A stretch of 64,000 nt of DNA, taken from NCBI GenBank assembly GCA_964016885.1, contig OZ024741.1, forward strand, positions 256,432,001 through 256,496,000, in the 5' to 3' direction. Positions 11,335 to 26,065 of this stretch are shown in pieces. The notes under the pieces are model-generated. The model searched no databases. It was not told the origin of the DNA and worked only from the letters and a program-made list of their open reading frames with translations. The position numbers were made by a program, and so were the translations under genes. Source of the DNA: Eledone cirrhosa. Taxonomy: Eukaryota. Numbering within the stretch: the stretch's first letter is position 1; each line of letters opens with the position of its first letter.

Positions 11335-14175
11335 GTTTCGCTTTACGAGTGTTTCGACTTACGAGTGTTTCGACATACGAGTGTTTCGACTTACGAATGT
11401 TTCTGCTTACGGGTGTTTCGACTTACGAATGTTTTTGCTTACGAGTGTTTCGGTTTACGAGTGTTCCGACTTACGAGTGTTCCGACTTACGAGTGTTTCG
11501 GCTTACGAGTGTTTCCGGCTTACGAGTGTTTCAACTTACGAGTGTTCTGACTTACAAGTGTTCTGATTTACGGATGTTTCGACACACGAGTGTTTCGAAT
11601 TACGAGTGTTTCGACTTACGAGTGTTTTGACTTACGGGTGTTTTGACATACGAGTGTTTCGATACGAGTGTTTCGACTTACGAGTGTTCTGACTTACGAG
11701 TGTTCTGATTTACGGACGTTTCGACATACGAGTGTTTCGACTTACGAGTGTTTCGACTTATGAGTGTTTCGACTTACGAGTGTTTCGGATTACGAGTGTT
11801 TCGACTTACGAGTGTTTTGACTTACGGTGTTTCGGCTTACGAGTGTTTCGACTTACGAGTGTTTTGACTTACGGGTGTTTTGACATACGAGTGTTTCGAT
11901 ACGAGTGTTCTGACTTACGAGTGTTCTGACTTACGAGTGTTCTGACTTACGAGTGTTCTGATTTACGGATGTTTCGACATACGAGTGTTTCGACTTACGA
12001 GTGTTTCGACTTATGAGTGTTTCGACTTACGAGTGTTTCGGCTTACGAGTGTTTCGACTTACGAGTGTTTTGACTTACGGTGTTTCGGCTTACGAGTGTT
12101 TCGACTTACGAGTGTTTTGACTTACGGGTGTTTTGACATACGAGTGTTTCGATACGAGTGTTCTGACTTACGAGTGTTCTGACTTACGAGTGTTTTGACT
12201 TACGAGTGTTCTGACTTACGGGTGTTTCGACTTACGAGTATTTTTGGCTTACGAGTGTTTCGACTTACGAGTGTTTTGACTTACGAGTGTTCTGATTTAC
12301 GGATGTTTCGACACACGAGTGTTTCGACTTACGAATGTTTCGACTTATGAGTGTTTCGACTTACGAGTGTTTCGGCTTACGAGTGTTTCGACTTACGAGT
12401 GTTTTGACTTACGGTGTTTCGGCTTACGAGTGTTTCGACTTACGAGTGTTTTGACTTACGGGTGTTTTGACATACGAGTGTTTCGATACGAGTGTTCTGA
12501 CTTACGAGTGTTCTGACTTACGAGTGTTTTGACTTACGAGTGTTCTGACTTACGAGTGTTCCGACTTACGAGTGTTCCGACTTACGAGTGTTTCGGCTTA
12601 CGAGTGTTTCCGGCTTACGAGTGTTTCGACTTCCGAGTGTTTTGACTTACGGTGTTTCGGCTTACGAGTGATTCGACCTACGAGTGTTTTGACTTACGGG
12701 TGATTTGACTTACGGGTGTTGTGAATTTCGAGTGTTCCGATTTACGAGTGTTTTGACTTACGGTGTTTCGGCTTACGAGTGATTCGACTTACGAATGTTT
12801 TGACTTACGGGTGTTTCGGCTTGCGAGTGTTTCGACTTACGAGTGTTTCGGCTCATGGGTGTTTCGACTTACTAATGTTTTTACTTACGAGTGTTTCGGC
12901 GTACGAGTGTTTTGACTTACGAGTGTTTCGACTTACGAGTGTTTCGACTTACGAGTGTTTCGACTTACGAGTGTTTCGGCTTACGTGAGTTTCGACTTAA
13001 GAGTGTTCTGATTTACGAGTGTTCTGACTTGCGGGTGTTCTGATTTACGAGTGTTCCGACTTACGAGTGTTTCGGCTTATTAGTGTTTCGACTTACGAGT
13101 GTTTCGGCTTACGAGTGTTTCGACTTATGGGTGTTTCGACTTACGAGTGTTTTTACTTACGGTGTTTCGGCTTACGAGTGTTTCGACATACGAGTGTTTT
13201 GACTTACGGGTGTTTCGACTTACGAGTGTTTTGACTTACGAATGTTTTGACTTACGGGTGTTTCGGATTACGAGTGTTTCGACTTACGAGTCTTTCGGCT
13301 TACGAGAGTTTCGACTTACTAATGTTTTTACTTACGAGTGTTTCGGCGTACGAGTGTTTCGACTTACGAGTGTTTCGACTTACGGGTGTTTTGACTTACG
13401 GGTGTTTCGGCTTACGAGTGTTTTGACTTACGAGTGTTTTGACTTAAGGGTGTTTCGACTTACGAGTATTTTTGGCTTACGAGTGTTTCGACTTACGAGT
13501 GTTTTGACTTACGAGTGTTCTGATTTACGGATGTTTCGACATACGAGTGTTTCGACTTACGAGTGTTTCGACTTATGAGTGTTTCGACTTACGAGTGTTT
13601 CGGCTTATGAGTGTTTCGACTTACGAGTGCTTCGGCTTACGAGTGTTTCGACTTACGAGTATTTCGGCTTACGAGTGTTTCGACGTACGAATGTTTTGGC
13701 TTACGAGTGTTTCGGCTTATGAGTGTTTCGGCTTACGAGTGTTTCGACTTACGAGTGTTTCGGCTTACGAGTGTTTCAGTGTTTCGGCTTACGTGTGTTT
13801 CGACTTACGAGTGTTTCGACTTACGAGTGTTTTGACTTACGAGTGTTCTGATTTACGGATGTTTCGACATACGAGTGTTTCGACTTACGAGTGTTTCGAC
13901 TTACGAGTGTTTCGGCTTGTGATTGTTTCGACTTACGAGTGTTTTGACTTACGGTGTTTCAGCTTACGACTGTTTTGGCTTACGGTGTTTCGGCTTACGA
14001 GTGTTTCGAGTTACGAGTGTTTTGACTTACACGTGTTTTGACATACGAGTGTTTCGATACGAGTGTTCTGACTTACGAGTGTTCTGACTTACGAGTGTTC
14101 TGACTTACGAGTGTTCCGACTTTACGAGTGTTTCGGCTCACGAGTGTTTCGGCTTACGAGTGTTTCGACTTACGA

Positions 14176-14244
14176 AAATAACAAATAGACGCGGTTTCAA
14201 ATCTCTATGCTTTTCAAATTCATTACATTAATCTTTATTTATAC
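14176..14244. repeat. 69-bp AT-rich insert, copy 5
   Basis: Identical to copy 1. Confidence 0.97.
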
Positions 14245-16019
14245 GTTTCGCTTTACGAGTGTTTCGACTTAAGAGTGTTTCGACATACGAGTGTTTCGGC
14301 TTACGAGTGTTTTGATTTACGAGTGTTTTGACTTACGGGTGCTTCGACTTACGCGAGTTTCGACTTACGAGTGTTTCGACTTACGAGTGTTTCGACTTAC
14401 GAGTGTTTCGGCTTACGAGTGTTTTGACTTACGAATGTTTTGACTTACGATTGTTTCGGCTTACGAGTGTTTCGACTTACGAGTGTTCTGACTACGAGTG
14501 TTCTGACTTACGGGTGATCTGACTTACGAGTGTTCCGACTTACGAGTGTTTCGGCTTATGAGTGTTTCGACTTACGAGTGCTTCGACTTACGAGTGTTTC
14601 GGCTTACGGGTGTTTCGACTTACGAATGTTTTTGCTTACGAGTGTTTCGGCTTACGAGTGTTTCGGTTTATGAGTGTTTCGACTTACGAGTGTTTTGACT
14701 TACGGGTGTTTTGACATACGAGTGTTTCGATACGATTGTTCTGACTTACGAGTGTTTCCGCTTACAAGTGTTTCGGCTTACGAGTGTTTCGACTTACTAA
14801 TGTTTTTACTTACGAGTGTTTCGGTGTACGAATGTTTCGACTTAAGGATGTTTCGACTTACGAGTGTTTCGACTTACGAGTGTTTCGACTTACGAGTGTT
14901 TCGACTTACGAGTGTTTTGGCTTACGAATGTTTTGACTTACGGGTGTTTCGACTTACGAGTGTTTCGACTTATGAGTGTTTGGACTTACGAGTGTTTCGG
15001 CTTATGAGTGTTTCGACTTACGAGTGCTTCGGCTTACGAGTGTTTCGACTGACGAGTATTTCGGCTTACGAGTGTTTCGACGTACGAATGTTTTGGCTTA
15101 CGAGTGTTTCGGCTTATGAGTGTTTCGGCTTACGAGTGTTTCGACTTACGAGGGTTTCGGCTTACGAGTGTTTCAGTGTTTCGGCTTACGTGTGTTTCGA
15201 CTTACGAGTGTTTCGACTTACGACTGTTTCGGCTTACGAGTGTTTCGGCTTACGAGTGTTTCGGCTTACGAGTGTTTTGAATTACGATTGTTTGGCTTAC
15301 GAGTGTTCTGACTTACGGGTGTTCTGACTTACGAGGGTTCCGACTTACGAGTGTTTCGGCTTATGAGGGTTTCGACTTACGAGTGCTTCGGCTTACGAGT
15401 GTTTCGACTTACGAGTGTTTCGGCTTACGAGTGTTTCGACTTACGAGTGTTTTGACTTACGGTGTTTCGGCTTACGAGTGTTTCGACATACGAGTGTTTT
15501 GACGTACGGGTGTTTTGACTTACGGGTCTTTCGACTTAAGAGTGTTTCGACTTACGAGCGCTTCGACTTACGAGTGTTTCGACTTACGAGTGTTTCGGCG
15601 TATGAGTGTTTTGACTTACGAGTGTTTCGACTTACGAGTGTTTCGACTTACGAGTGTTTCGAATTACGAGTGTTTCGACTTACGAGTGTTTTGACTTACG
15701 AGTGTTTTGACTTACGGTGTTTCTGCTTACGAGTGTTTCGACTTACGAGTGTTATGACTTACGGGTGTTTTGACATACGAGTGTTTCGACTTACGAGTGT
15801 TTTGACTTACGGGTGTTTTGACATACGAGTGTTTCGATAGGAGTGTTCTGACTTACGAGTGTTCTGACTTACGAGTGTTCTGACTTACGAGTGTTCTGAC
15901 TTACGAGTGTTCTGTCTTACGAGTGTTCTGACTTACGAGTGTTCTGACTTACGAGTGTTCCGACTTTACGAGTGTTTCGGCTCACGAGTGTTTCGGCTTA
16001 CGAGTGTTTCGACTTACGA

Positions 16020-16088
16020 AAATAACAAATAGACGCGGTTTCAAATCTCTATGCTTTTCAAATTCATTACATTAATCTTTATTTATAC
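16020..16088. repeat. 69-bp AT-rich insert, copy 6
   Basis: Identical to copy 1. Confidence 0.97.
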
Positions 16089-17836
16089 GTTTCGCTTTAC
16101 GAGTGTTTCGACTTACGAGTGTTTCGACATACGAGTGTTTCGGCTTACGAGTGTTTTGATTTACGAGTGTTTTGACTTACGGGTGCTTCGACTTACGCGT
16201 GTTTCGACTTACGAGTGTTTCGACTTACGAGTGTTTCGGCTTATGAGTGTTTTGACTTACGAATGTTTTGACTTACGATTGTTTCGGCTTACGAGTGTTT
16301 CGACTTACGAGTGTTCTGACTACGAGTGTTCTGACTTACGGGTGTTCTGACTTACGAGTGTTCTGACTTACGAGTGTTTCGGCTTATGAGTGTTTCGACT
16401 TACGAGTGCTTCGACTTACGAGTGTTTCGGCTTACGGGTGTTTCGACTTACGAGTATTTCGGCTTACGAGTGTTTCGACGTACGAATGTTTTGGCTTACG
16501 AGTGTTTCGGCTTATGAGTGTTTCGGCTTACGAGTGTTTCGACTTACGAGTGTTTCGGCTTACGAGTGTTTCAGTGTTTCGGCTTACGTGTGTTTCGACT
16601 TACGATTGTTTCGACTTACGACTGTTTCGGCTTACGAGTGTTTCGCCTTGCGAGTGTTTCGGCTTACGAGTGTTTTGACTTACGAGTGTTTCGACATACG
16701 AGTGTTTTGACTTACGGGTGTTTCGACTTACGAGTGTTTTCACTTACGAATGTTTTGACTTACGGGTGTTTCGGCTTACGAGTGTTTCGACTTACGAGTG
16801 TTTCGGCTTACGAGTGTTTCGACTTACTAATATTTTTACTTACGAGTGTTTCGGCGTACGAGAGTTTTGACTTACGCGTGTTTCGACTTACGAGTGTTTC
16901 GACTTACGAGTATTTTGACTTACGAATGTTTTGACTTACGGGTGTTTCGGCTTACGAGTGTTTCGACTTACGAGTCTTTCGGCTTACGAGTGTTTCGACT
17001 TACTAATGTTTTTACTTACGAGTGTTTCGGCGTACGAGTGTTTCGACTTCCGAGTGTTTCGACTTACAGGTGTTTTGACTTACGGGTGTATCGGCTTACG
17101 AGTGTTTTGACTTACGAGTGTTTTGACTTAAGGGTGTTTCGACTTACGAGTATTTTTGGCTTACGAGTGTTTCGACTTACGAGTGTTTTGACTTACGAGT
17201 GTTCTGATTTACGGATGTTTCGACATACGAGTGTTTCGACTTACGAGTGTTTCGACTTACGAGTGTTTCGGCTTGTGATTGTTTCGACTTACGAGTGTTT
17301 TGACTTACGGTGTTTCAGCTTACGAGTGTTTCGACTTACGAGTGTTTTGACTTACGGGTGTTTTGACATACGAGTGTTTCGATACGAGTGTTCTGACTTA
17401 CGAGTGTTCTGACTTACGATTGTTTTGACTTACGAGTGTTCTGACTTACGAGTGTTCCGACTTACGAGTGTTCCGACTTACGAGTGTTTCGGCTTACGAG
17501 TGTTTTGACTTAAGGGTGTTTCGACTTACGAGTGTTCCGACTTACGAGTGTTTCGGCTTACGAGTGTTTCGACTTACGAGTGTTTCGACTTACGAGTGTT
17601 CCGACTTACGGGTGTTTCGACTTACGAGTGTTTTGGCTTACGGTCTTTCGACTTACGAGTGTTTCGAGTTAAGAGTGTTTTGACTTACGAGTGTTCTGAT
17701 TTACGAGTGTTCTGACTTACGAGTGTTCTGAATTTACGAGTGTTCTGACTTACGAGTGTTCTGACTTACGAGTGTTCCGACTTTACGAGTGTTTCGGCTC
17801 ACGAGTGTTTCGGCTTACGAGTGTTTCGACTTACGA

Positions 17837-17905
17837 AAATAACAAATAGACGCGGTTTCAAATCTCTATGCTTTTCAAATTCATTACATTAATCTTTATT
17901 TATAC
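17837..17905. repeat. 69-bp AT-rich insert, copy 7
   Basis: Identical to copy 1. Confidence 0.97.
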
Positions 17906-20839
17906 GTTTCGCTTTACGAGTGTTTCGACTTACGAGTGTTTCGACATACGAGTGTTTCGACTTACGAATGTTTTTGCTTACGGGTGTTTCGACTTACGAA
18001 TGTTTTTGCTTACGAGTGTTTCGGTTTACGAGTGTTCCGACTTACGAGTGTTCCGACTTACGAGTGTTTCGGCTTACGAGTGTTTCCGGCTTACGAGTGT
18101 TTCAACTTACGAGTGTTCTGACTTACGAGTGTTCTGATTTACGGATGTTTCGACACACGAGTGTTTCGAATTACGAGTGTTTCGACTTACGAGTGTTTTG
18201 ACTTACGGGTGTTTTGACATACGAGTGTTTCGATACGAGTGTTTCGACTTACGAGTGTTCTGACTTACGAGTGTTCTGATTTACGGATGTTTCGACATAC
18301 GAGTGTTTCGACTTACGAGTGTTTCGACTTATGAGTGTTTCGACTTACGAGTGTTTCGGATTACGAGTGTTTCGACTTACGAGTGTTTTGACTTACGGTA
18401 TTTCGGCTTACGAGTGTTTCGACTTACGAGTGTTTTGACTTACGGGTGTTTTGACATACGAGTGTTTCGATACGAGTGTTCTGACTTACGAGTGTTCTGA
18501 CTTACGAGTGTTCTGACTTACGAGTGTTCTGATTTACGGATGTTTCGACATACGAGTGTTTCGACTTACGAGTGTTTCGACTTATGAGTGTTTCGACTTA
18601 CGAGTGTTTCGGCTTACGAGTGTTTCGACTTACGAGTGTTTTGACTTACGGTGTTTCGGCTTACGAGTGTTTCGACTTACGAGCGTTTTGACTTACGGGT
18701 GTTTTGACATACGAGTGTTTCGATACGAGTGTTCTGACTTACGAGTGTTCTGACTTACGAGTGTTTTGACTTACGAGTGTTCTGACTTACGGGTGTTTCG
18801 ACTTACGAGTATTTTTGGCTTACCAGTGTTTCGACTTACGAGTGTTTTGACTTACGAGTGTTCTGATTTACGGATGTTTCGACACACGAGTGTTTCGACT
18901 TACGAATGTTTCGACTTATGAGTGTTTCGACTTACGAGTGTTTCGGCTTACGAGTGTTTCGACTTACGAGTGTTTTGACTTACGGTGTTTCGGCTTACGA
19001 GTGTTTCGACTTACGAGTGTTTTGACTTACGGGTGTTTTGACATACGAGTGTTTCGATACGAGTGTTCTGACTTACGAGTGTTCTGACTTACGAGTGTTT
19101 TGACTTACGAGTGTTCTGACTTACGAGTGTTCCGACTTACGAGTGTTCCGACTTACGAGTGTTTCGGCTTACGAGTGTTTCCGGCTTACGAGTGTTTCGA
19201 CTTACGAGTGTTTTGACTTACGGGTGATTTGACTTACGGGTGTTGTGAATTTCGAGTGTTCCGATTTACGAGTGTTTTGACTTACGGTGTTTCGGCTTAC
19301 GAGTGATTCGACTTACGAATGTTTTGACTTACGGGTGTTTCGGCTTGCGAGTGTTTCGACTTACGAGTGTTTCGGCTTATGGGTGTTTCGACTTACTAAT
19401 GTTTTTACTTACGAGTGTTTCGGCGTACGAGTGTTTCGACTTACGAGTGTTTCGACTTACGAGTGTTTCGACTTACGAGTGTTTCGGCTTACGTGAGTTT
19501 CGACTTAAGAGTGTTCTGATTTACGAGTGTTCTGACTAGCGGGTGTTCTGATTTACGAGTGTTCCGACTTACGAGTGTTTCGGCTTATTAGTGTTTCGAC
19601 TTACGAGTGTTTCGGCTTACGAGTGTTTCGACTTATGGGTGTTTCGACTTACGAGTGTTTTTACTTACGGTGTTTCGGCTTACGAGTGTTTCGACATACG
19701 AGTGTTTTGACTTACGGGTGTTTCGACTTACGAGTGTTTTGACTTACGAATGTTTTGACTTACGGGTGTTTCGGATTACGAGTGTTTCGACTTACGAGTG
19801 TTTCGGCTTACGAGTGTTTCGACTTACTAATGTTCTTACGAGTGTTTCGGCGTACGAGAGTTTTGACTTACGAGTGTTTCGACTTACGAGTGTTTCGACT
19901 TACGAGTGTTTTGACTTACGAATGTTTTGACTTACGGGTGTTTCGGCTGACGAGTGTTTCGACTTACGAGTCTTTCGGCTTACGAGTGTTTCGACTTACT
20001 AATGTTTTTACTTACGAGTGTTTCGGCGTACGAGTGTTTCGACTTACGAGTGTTTCGACTTACGGGTGTTTTGACTTACGGGTGTTTCGGCTTACGAGTG
20101 TTTTGACTTACGAGTGTTTTGACTTAAGGGTGTTTCGACTTACGAGTATTTTTGGCTTACGAGTGTTTCGACTTACGAGTGTTTTGAGTTACGAGTGTTC
20201 TGATTTACGGATGTTTCGACATACGAGTGTTTCGACTTACGAGTGTTTCGACTTATGAGTGTTTCGACTTACGAGTGTTTCGGCTTATGAGTGTTTCGAC
20301 TTACGAGTGCTTCGGCTTACGAGTGTTTCGACTTACGAGTATTTCGGCTTATGAGTGTTTCGGCTTACGAGTGTTTCGACTTACGAGTGTTTCGGCTTAC
20401 GAGTGTTTCAGTGTTTCGGCTTACGTGTGTTTCGACTTACGAGTGTTTCGACTTACGAGTGTTTTGACTTACGAGTGTTCTGATTTACGGATGTTTCGAC
20501 ATACGAGTGTTTCGACTTACGAGTGTTTCGACTTATGAGTGTTTCGACTTACGAGTGTTTCGACTTACGAGTGTTTCGGCTTGTGATTGTTTCGACTTAC
20601 GAGTGTTTTGACTTACGGTGTTTCAGCTTACGAGTGTTTTGGCTTACGGTGTTTCGGCTTACGAGTGTTTCGAGTTACGAGTGTTTTGACTTACACGTGT
20701 TTTGACATACGAGTGTTTCGATACGAGTGTTCTGACTTACGAGTGTTCTGACTTACGAGTGTTCTGACTTACGAGTGTTTCGACTTTACGAGTGTTTCGG
20801 CTCACGAGTGTTTCGGCTTACGAGTGTTTCGACTTACGA

Positions 20840-20908
20840 AAATAACAAATAGACGCGGTTTCAAATCTCTATGCTTTTCAAATTCATTACATTAATCTTT
20901 ATTTATAC
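20840..20908. repeat. 69-bp AT-rich insert, copy 8
   Basis: Identical to copy 1. Confidence 0.97.
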
Positions 20909-22779
20909 GTTTCGCTTTACGAGTGTTTCGACTTACGAGTGTTTCGACATACGAGTGTTTCGGCTTACGAGTGTTTTGATTTACGAGTGTTTTGACTTAC
21001 GGGTGCTTCGACTTACGCGTGTTTCGACTTACGAGTGTTTCGACTTACGAGTGTTTCGACTTACGAGTGTTTCGGCTTACGAGTGTTTTGACTTACGAAT
21101 GTTTTGACTTACGATTGTTTCGGCTTACGAGTGTTTCGACTTACGAGTGTTCTGACTACGAGTGTTCTGACTTACGGGTGTTCTGACTTACGAGTGTTCC
21201 GACTTACGAGTGTTTCGGCTTATGAGTGTTTCGACTTACGAGTGCTTCGACTTACGAGTGTTTCGGCTTACGGGTGTTTCGACTTACGAATGTTTTTGCT
21301 TACGAGTGTTTCGGCTTACGAGTGTTTCGGTTTATGAGTGTTTCGACTTACGAGTGTTTTGACTTACGGGTGTTTTGACATACGAGTGTTTCGATACGAT
21401 TGTTCTGACTTACGAGTGTTTCCGCTTACGAGTGTTTCGGCTTACGAGTGTTTCGACTTACTAATGTTTTTACTTACGAGTGTTTCGGTGTACGAGTGTT
21501 TCGACTTAAGGATGTTTCGACTTACGAGTGTTTCGACTTACGAGTGTTTCGACTTACGAGTGTTTCGACTTACGAGTGTTTTGGCTTACGAATGTTTTGA
21601 CTTACTGGTGTTTCGACTTACGAGTGTTTCGGCTTATGAGTGTTTCGACTTACGGGCGTTTCGACTTACGGGTGTTTCGACTTACGAGTGTTTTGGCTTA
21701 CGAATGTTTTGACTTACGGGTGTTTCGACTTACGAGTGTTTCGACTTATGAGTGTTTGGACTTACGAGTGTTTCGGCTTATGAGTGTTTCGACTTACGAG
21801 TGCTTCGGCTTACGAGTGTTTCGACTGACGAGTATTTCGGCTTACGAGTGTTTCGACGTACGAATGTTTTGGCTTACGAGTGTTTCGGCTTATGAGTGTT
21901 TCGGCTTACGTGTGTTTCGACTTACGAGGGTTTCGGCTTACGAGTGTTTCAGTGTTTCGGCTTACGTGTGTTTCGACTTACGAGTGTTTCGACTTACGAC
22001 TGTTTCGGCTTACGAGTGTTTCGGCCTACGAGTGTTTCGGCTTACGAGTGTTTTGAATTACGATTGTTTGGCTTACGAGTGTTCTGACTTACGTGTTTTC
22101 TGACTTACGAGGGTTCCGACTTACGAGTGTTTCGGCTTATGAGGGTTTCGACTTACGAGTGCTTCGGCTTACGAGTGTTTCGACTTACGAGTGTTTCGGC
22201 TTACGAGTGTTTCGACTTACGAGTGTTTTGACTTACGGTGTTTCGGCTTACGAGTGTTTCGACATACGAGTGTTTTGACGTACGGGTGTTTCGACTTACG
22301 GGTCTTTCGACTTAAGAGTGTTTCGACTTACGAGCGCTTCGACTTACGAGTGTTTCGACTTACGAGTGTTTCGGCGTATGAGTGTTTTGACTTACGAGTG
22401 TTTCGACTTACGAGTGTTTCGACTTACGAGTGTTTCGAATTACGAGTGTTTCGACTTACGAGTGTTTTGACTTACGAGTGTTTTGACTTACGGTGTTTCT
22501 GCTTACGAGTGTTTCGACTTACGAGTGTTATGACTTACGGGTGTTTTGACATACGAGTGTTTCGACTTACGAGTGTTTTGACTTACGGGTGTTTTGACAT
22601 ACGAGTGTTTCGATAGGAGTGTTCTGACTTACGAGTGTTCTGACTTACGAGTGTTCTGACTTACGAGTGTTCTGACTTACGAGTGTTCTGACTTACGAGT
22701 GTTCTGACTTACGAGTGTTCCGACTTTACGAGTGTTTCGGCTCACGAGTGTTTCGGCTTACGAGTGTTTCGACTTACGA

Positions 22780-22848
22780 AAATAACAAATAGACGCGGTT
22801 TCAAATCTCTATGCTTTTCAAATTCATTACATTAATCTTTATTTATAC
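22780..22848. repeat. 69-bp AT-rich insert, copy 9
   Basis: Identical to copy 1. Confidence 0.97.
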
Positions 22849-25800
22849 GTTTCGCTTTACGAGTGTTTCGTCTTACGAGTGTTTCGACATACGAATGTTT
22901 CGGCTTACGAGTGTTTTGATTTACGAGTGTTTTGACTTACGGGTGCTTCGACTTACGCGTGTTTCGACTTACGAGTGTTTCGACTTACGAGTGTTTCGGC
23001 TTATGAGTGTTTTGACTTACGAATGTTTTGACTTACGATTGTTTCGGCTTACGAGTGTTTCGACTTACGAGTGTTCTGACTACGAGTGTTCTGATTTACG
23101 GGTGTTCTGACTTACGAGTGTTCTGACTTACGAGTGTTTCGGCTTATGAGTGTTTCGACTTACGAGTGCTTCGACTTACGAGTGTTTCGGCTTACGGGTG
23201 TTTCGACTTACGAATGTTTTTGCTTACGAGTGTTTCGGCTTACGAGTGTTTCGGCTTATGAGTGTTTCGACTTACGAGTGTTTTGACTTACGGGTGTTTT
23301 GACATACGAGTGTTTCGATACGATTGTTCTGACTTACGAGTGTTTCCGCTTACGAGTGTTTCGGCTTACGAGTGTTTCGACTTACTAATGTTTTTACTTA
23401 CGAGTGTTTCGGTGTACGAGTGTTTCGACTTACGAGTGTTTCGACTTACGAGTGTTTCGACTTACGAGTGTTTCGACTTACGAGTGTTTTGGCTTACGAA
23501 TGTTTTGACTTACGGGTGTTTCGACTTACGAGTGTTTCGGCTTATGAGTGTTTCGACTTACGGGCGTTTCGACTTACGGGTGTTTCGACTTACGAGTGTT
23601 TTGGCTTACGAATGTTTTGACTTACGGGTGTTTCGACTTACGAGTGTTTCGACTTATGAGTGTTTCGACTTACGAGTGTTTCGGCTTATGAGTGTTTCGA
23701 CTTACGAGTGCTTCGGCTTACGAGTGTTTCGACTTACGAGTATTTCGGCTTACGAGTGTTTCGACGTACGAATGTTTTGGCTTACGAGTGTTTCGGCTTA
23801 TGAGTGTTTCGGCTTACGAGTGTTTCGACTTACGAGTGTTTCGGCTTACTAGTGTTTCAGTGTTTCGGCTTACGTGTGTTTCGACTTACGAGTGTTTCGA
23901 CTTACGACTGTTTCGGCTTACGAGTGTTTCGGCTTACGAGTGTTTCGGCTTACGAGTGTTTTGACTTACGATTGTTTGGCTTACGAGTGTTCTGACTTAC
24001 GGGTGTTCTGACTTACGAGTGTTCCGACTTACGAGTGTTTCGGCTTATGAGGGTTTCGACTTACGAGTGCTTCGGCTTACGAGTGTTTTGACTTACGGTG
24101 TTTCGGCTTACGAGTGTTTCGACATACGAGTGTTTTGACGTACGGGTGTTTCGACTTACGGGTCTTTCGACTTAAGAGTGTTTCGACTTACGAGCGCTTC
24201 GACTTACGAGTGTTTCGACTTACGAGTGTTTCGGCGTATGAGTGTTTTGACTTACGAGTGTTTCGACTTACGAGTGTTTCGACTTACGAGTGTTTCGAAT
24301 TACGAGTGTTTCGACTTACGAGTGTTTTGACTTACGAGTGTTTTGACTTACGGTGTTTCTGCTTACGAGTGTTTCGACTTTCGAGTGTTATGACTTACGG
24401 GTGTTTTGACATACGAGTGTTTCGACTTACGAGTCTTACGGCTTACGAGTGTTTCGACTTACTAATGTTTTTACTTACGAGTGTTTCGGCGTACGAGTGT
24501 TTCGACTTCCGAGTGTTTCGACTTACAGGTGTTTTGACTTACGGGTGTTTCGGCTTACGAGTGTTTTGACTTACGAGTGTTTTGACTTAAGGGTGTTTCG
24601 ACTTACGAGTATTTTTGGCTTACGAGTGTTTCGACTTACGAGTGTTTTGACTTACGAGTGTTCTGATTTACGGATGTTTCGACATACGAGTGTTCTGACT
24701 TACGAGTGTTCCGACTTACGAGTGTTCCGACTTACGAGTGTTTCGGCTTACGAGTGTTTCCGGCTTACGAGTGTTTCGACTTACGAGTGTTTTGACTTAC
24801 GGTGTTTCGGCTTACGAGTGATTCGACTTACGAGTGTTTTGACTTACGGGTGTTTTGACTTACGGGTGTTGTGAATTACGAGTGTTCCGATTTACGAGTG
24901 TTTTGACTTACGGTGTTTCGGCTTACGAGTGATTCGACTTACGAATGTTTTGACTTACGGGTGTTTCGGCTTGCGAGTGTTTCGACTTACGAGTGTTTCG
25001 GCTTATGAGTGTTTCGACTTACTAATGTTTTTACTTACGAGTGTTCTGACTTACGAGTGTTCCGACTTACGAGTGTTCCGACTTACGAGTGTTTCGGCTT
25101 ACGAGTGTTTCCGGCTTACGAGTGTTTCGACTTACGAGTGTTTCGACTTACGAGTGTTTTGACTTACGGTGTTTCGACTTAGGAGTGTTTTGACTTACGA
25201 GTGTTTCGGCGTACGAGTGTTTTGACTTACGAGTGTTTCGAATTACGAGTGTTTTGACTTACGAATGTTTTGACATACGGGTGTTTCGGCTTACGAGTGT
25301 TTCGACTTACGAGTGTTTCGGCTTGCGAGTGTTTCGACTTACTAATGTTTTTACTTACGAGTTTTTCGGCGTACGAGTGTTTCGACATACGAGTGTTTCG
25401 ACTTACGGGTGTTTTGACTTAAGGGTGTTTCGACTTACAAGTGTTTCGACTTACGAGTGTTTCGACTTACGAGTGTTCTGACTTACGAGTGTTCTGATTT
25501 ACGGATGTTTCGACATACGAGTGTTTCGACTTACGAGTGTTTCGACTTACGAGTGTCTTGACTTACGGGTGTTTTGACATACGAGTGTTTCGATACGAGT
25601 GTTTCGACTTACGAGTGTTCTGACTTACGATTGTTCTGACTTACGAGTGTTCTGACTTACGAGTGTTCTGATTTACGAGTGTTCCGACTTACGAGTGTTT
25701 CGGCTTACGAGTGTTTCGGCTTACGAGTGTTTCGACTTACGAGTGTTTCGACTTACGAGTGTTCCGACTTACGGGTGTTTCGACTTACGAGTGGTTTGGC

Positions 25801-25996
25801 TTACGGTGTTTCGGCTTACGAGTGTTTCGATTTACGAGTGTTTTGACTTACGCGTGTTTTGACATACGAGTGTTTCGATACGAGTGTTCTGACTTACGAG
25901 TGTTCTGACTTACGAGTGTTCTGACTTACGAGTGTTCCGACTTTACGAGTGTTTCGGCTCACGAGTGTTTCGGCTTACGAGTGTTTCGACTTACGA

Positions 25997-26065
25997 AAAT
26001 AACAAATAGACGCGGTTTCAAATCTCTATGAATTTAAAATTCATTACATTAATCTTTATTTATAC
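25997..26065. repeat. 69-bp AT-rich insert, copy 10 (divergent)
   Basis: ATGAATTTAAAAT in place of ATGCTTTTCAAAT (3 clustered substitutions). Confidence 0.96.

Larger units (their letters stand above)
8467..13290 (+). repeat. Higher-order duplication, offset 2,799-2,800 bp (about 8467-10490 vs 11266-13290)
   Basis: Matched ORF-track markers 8498/11297, 9185/11985, 9519/12319, 9979/12779 and 10299/13099; the copies diverge near 10492/13292. Confidence 0.85.
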
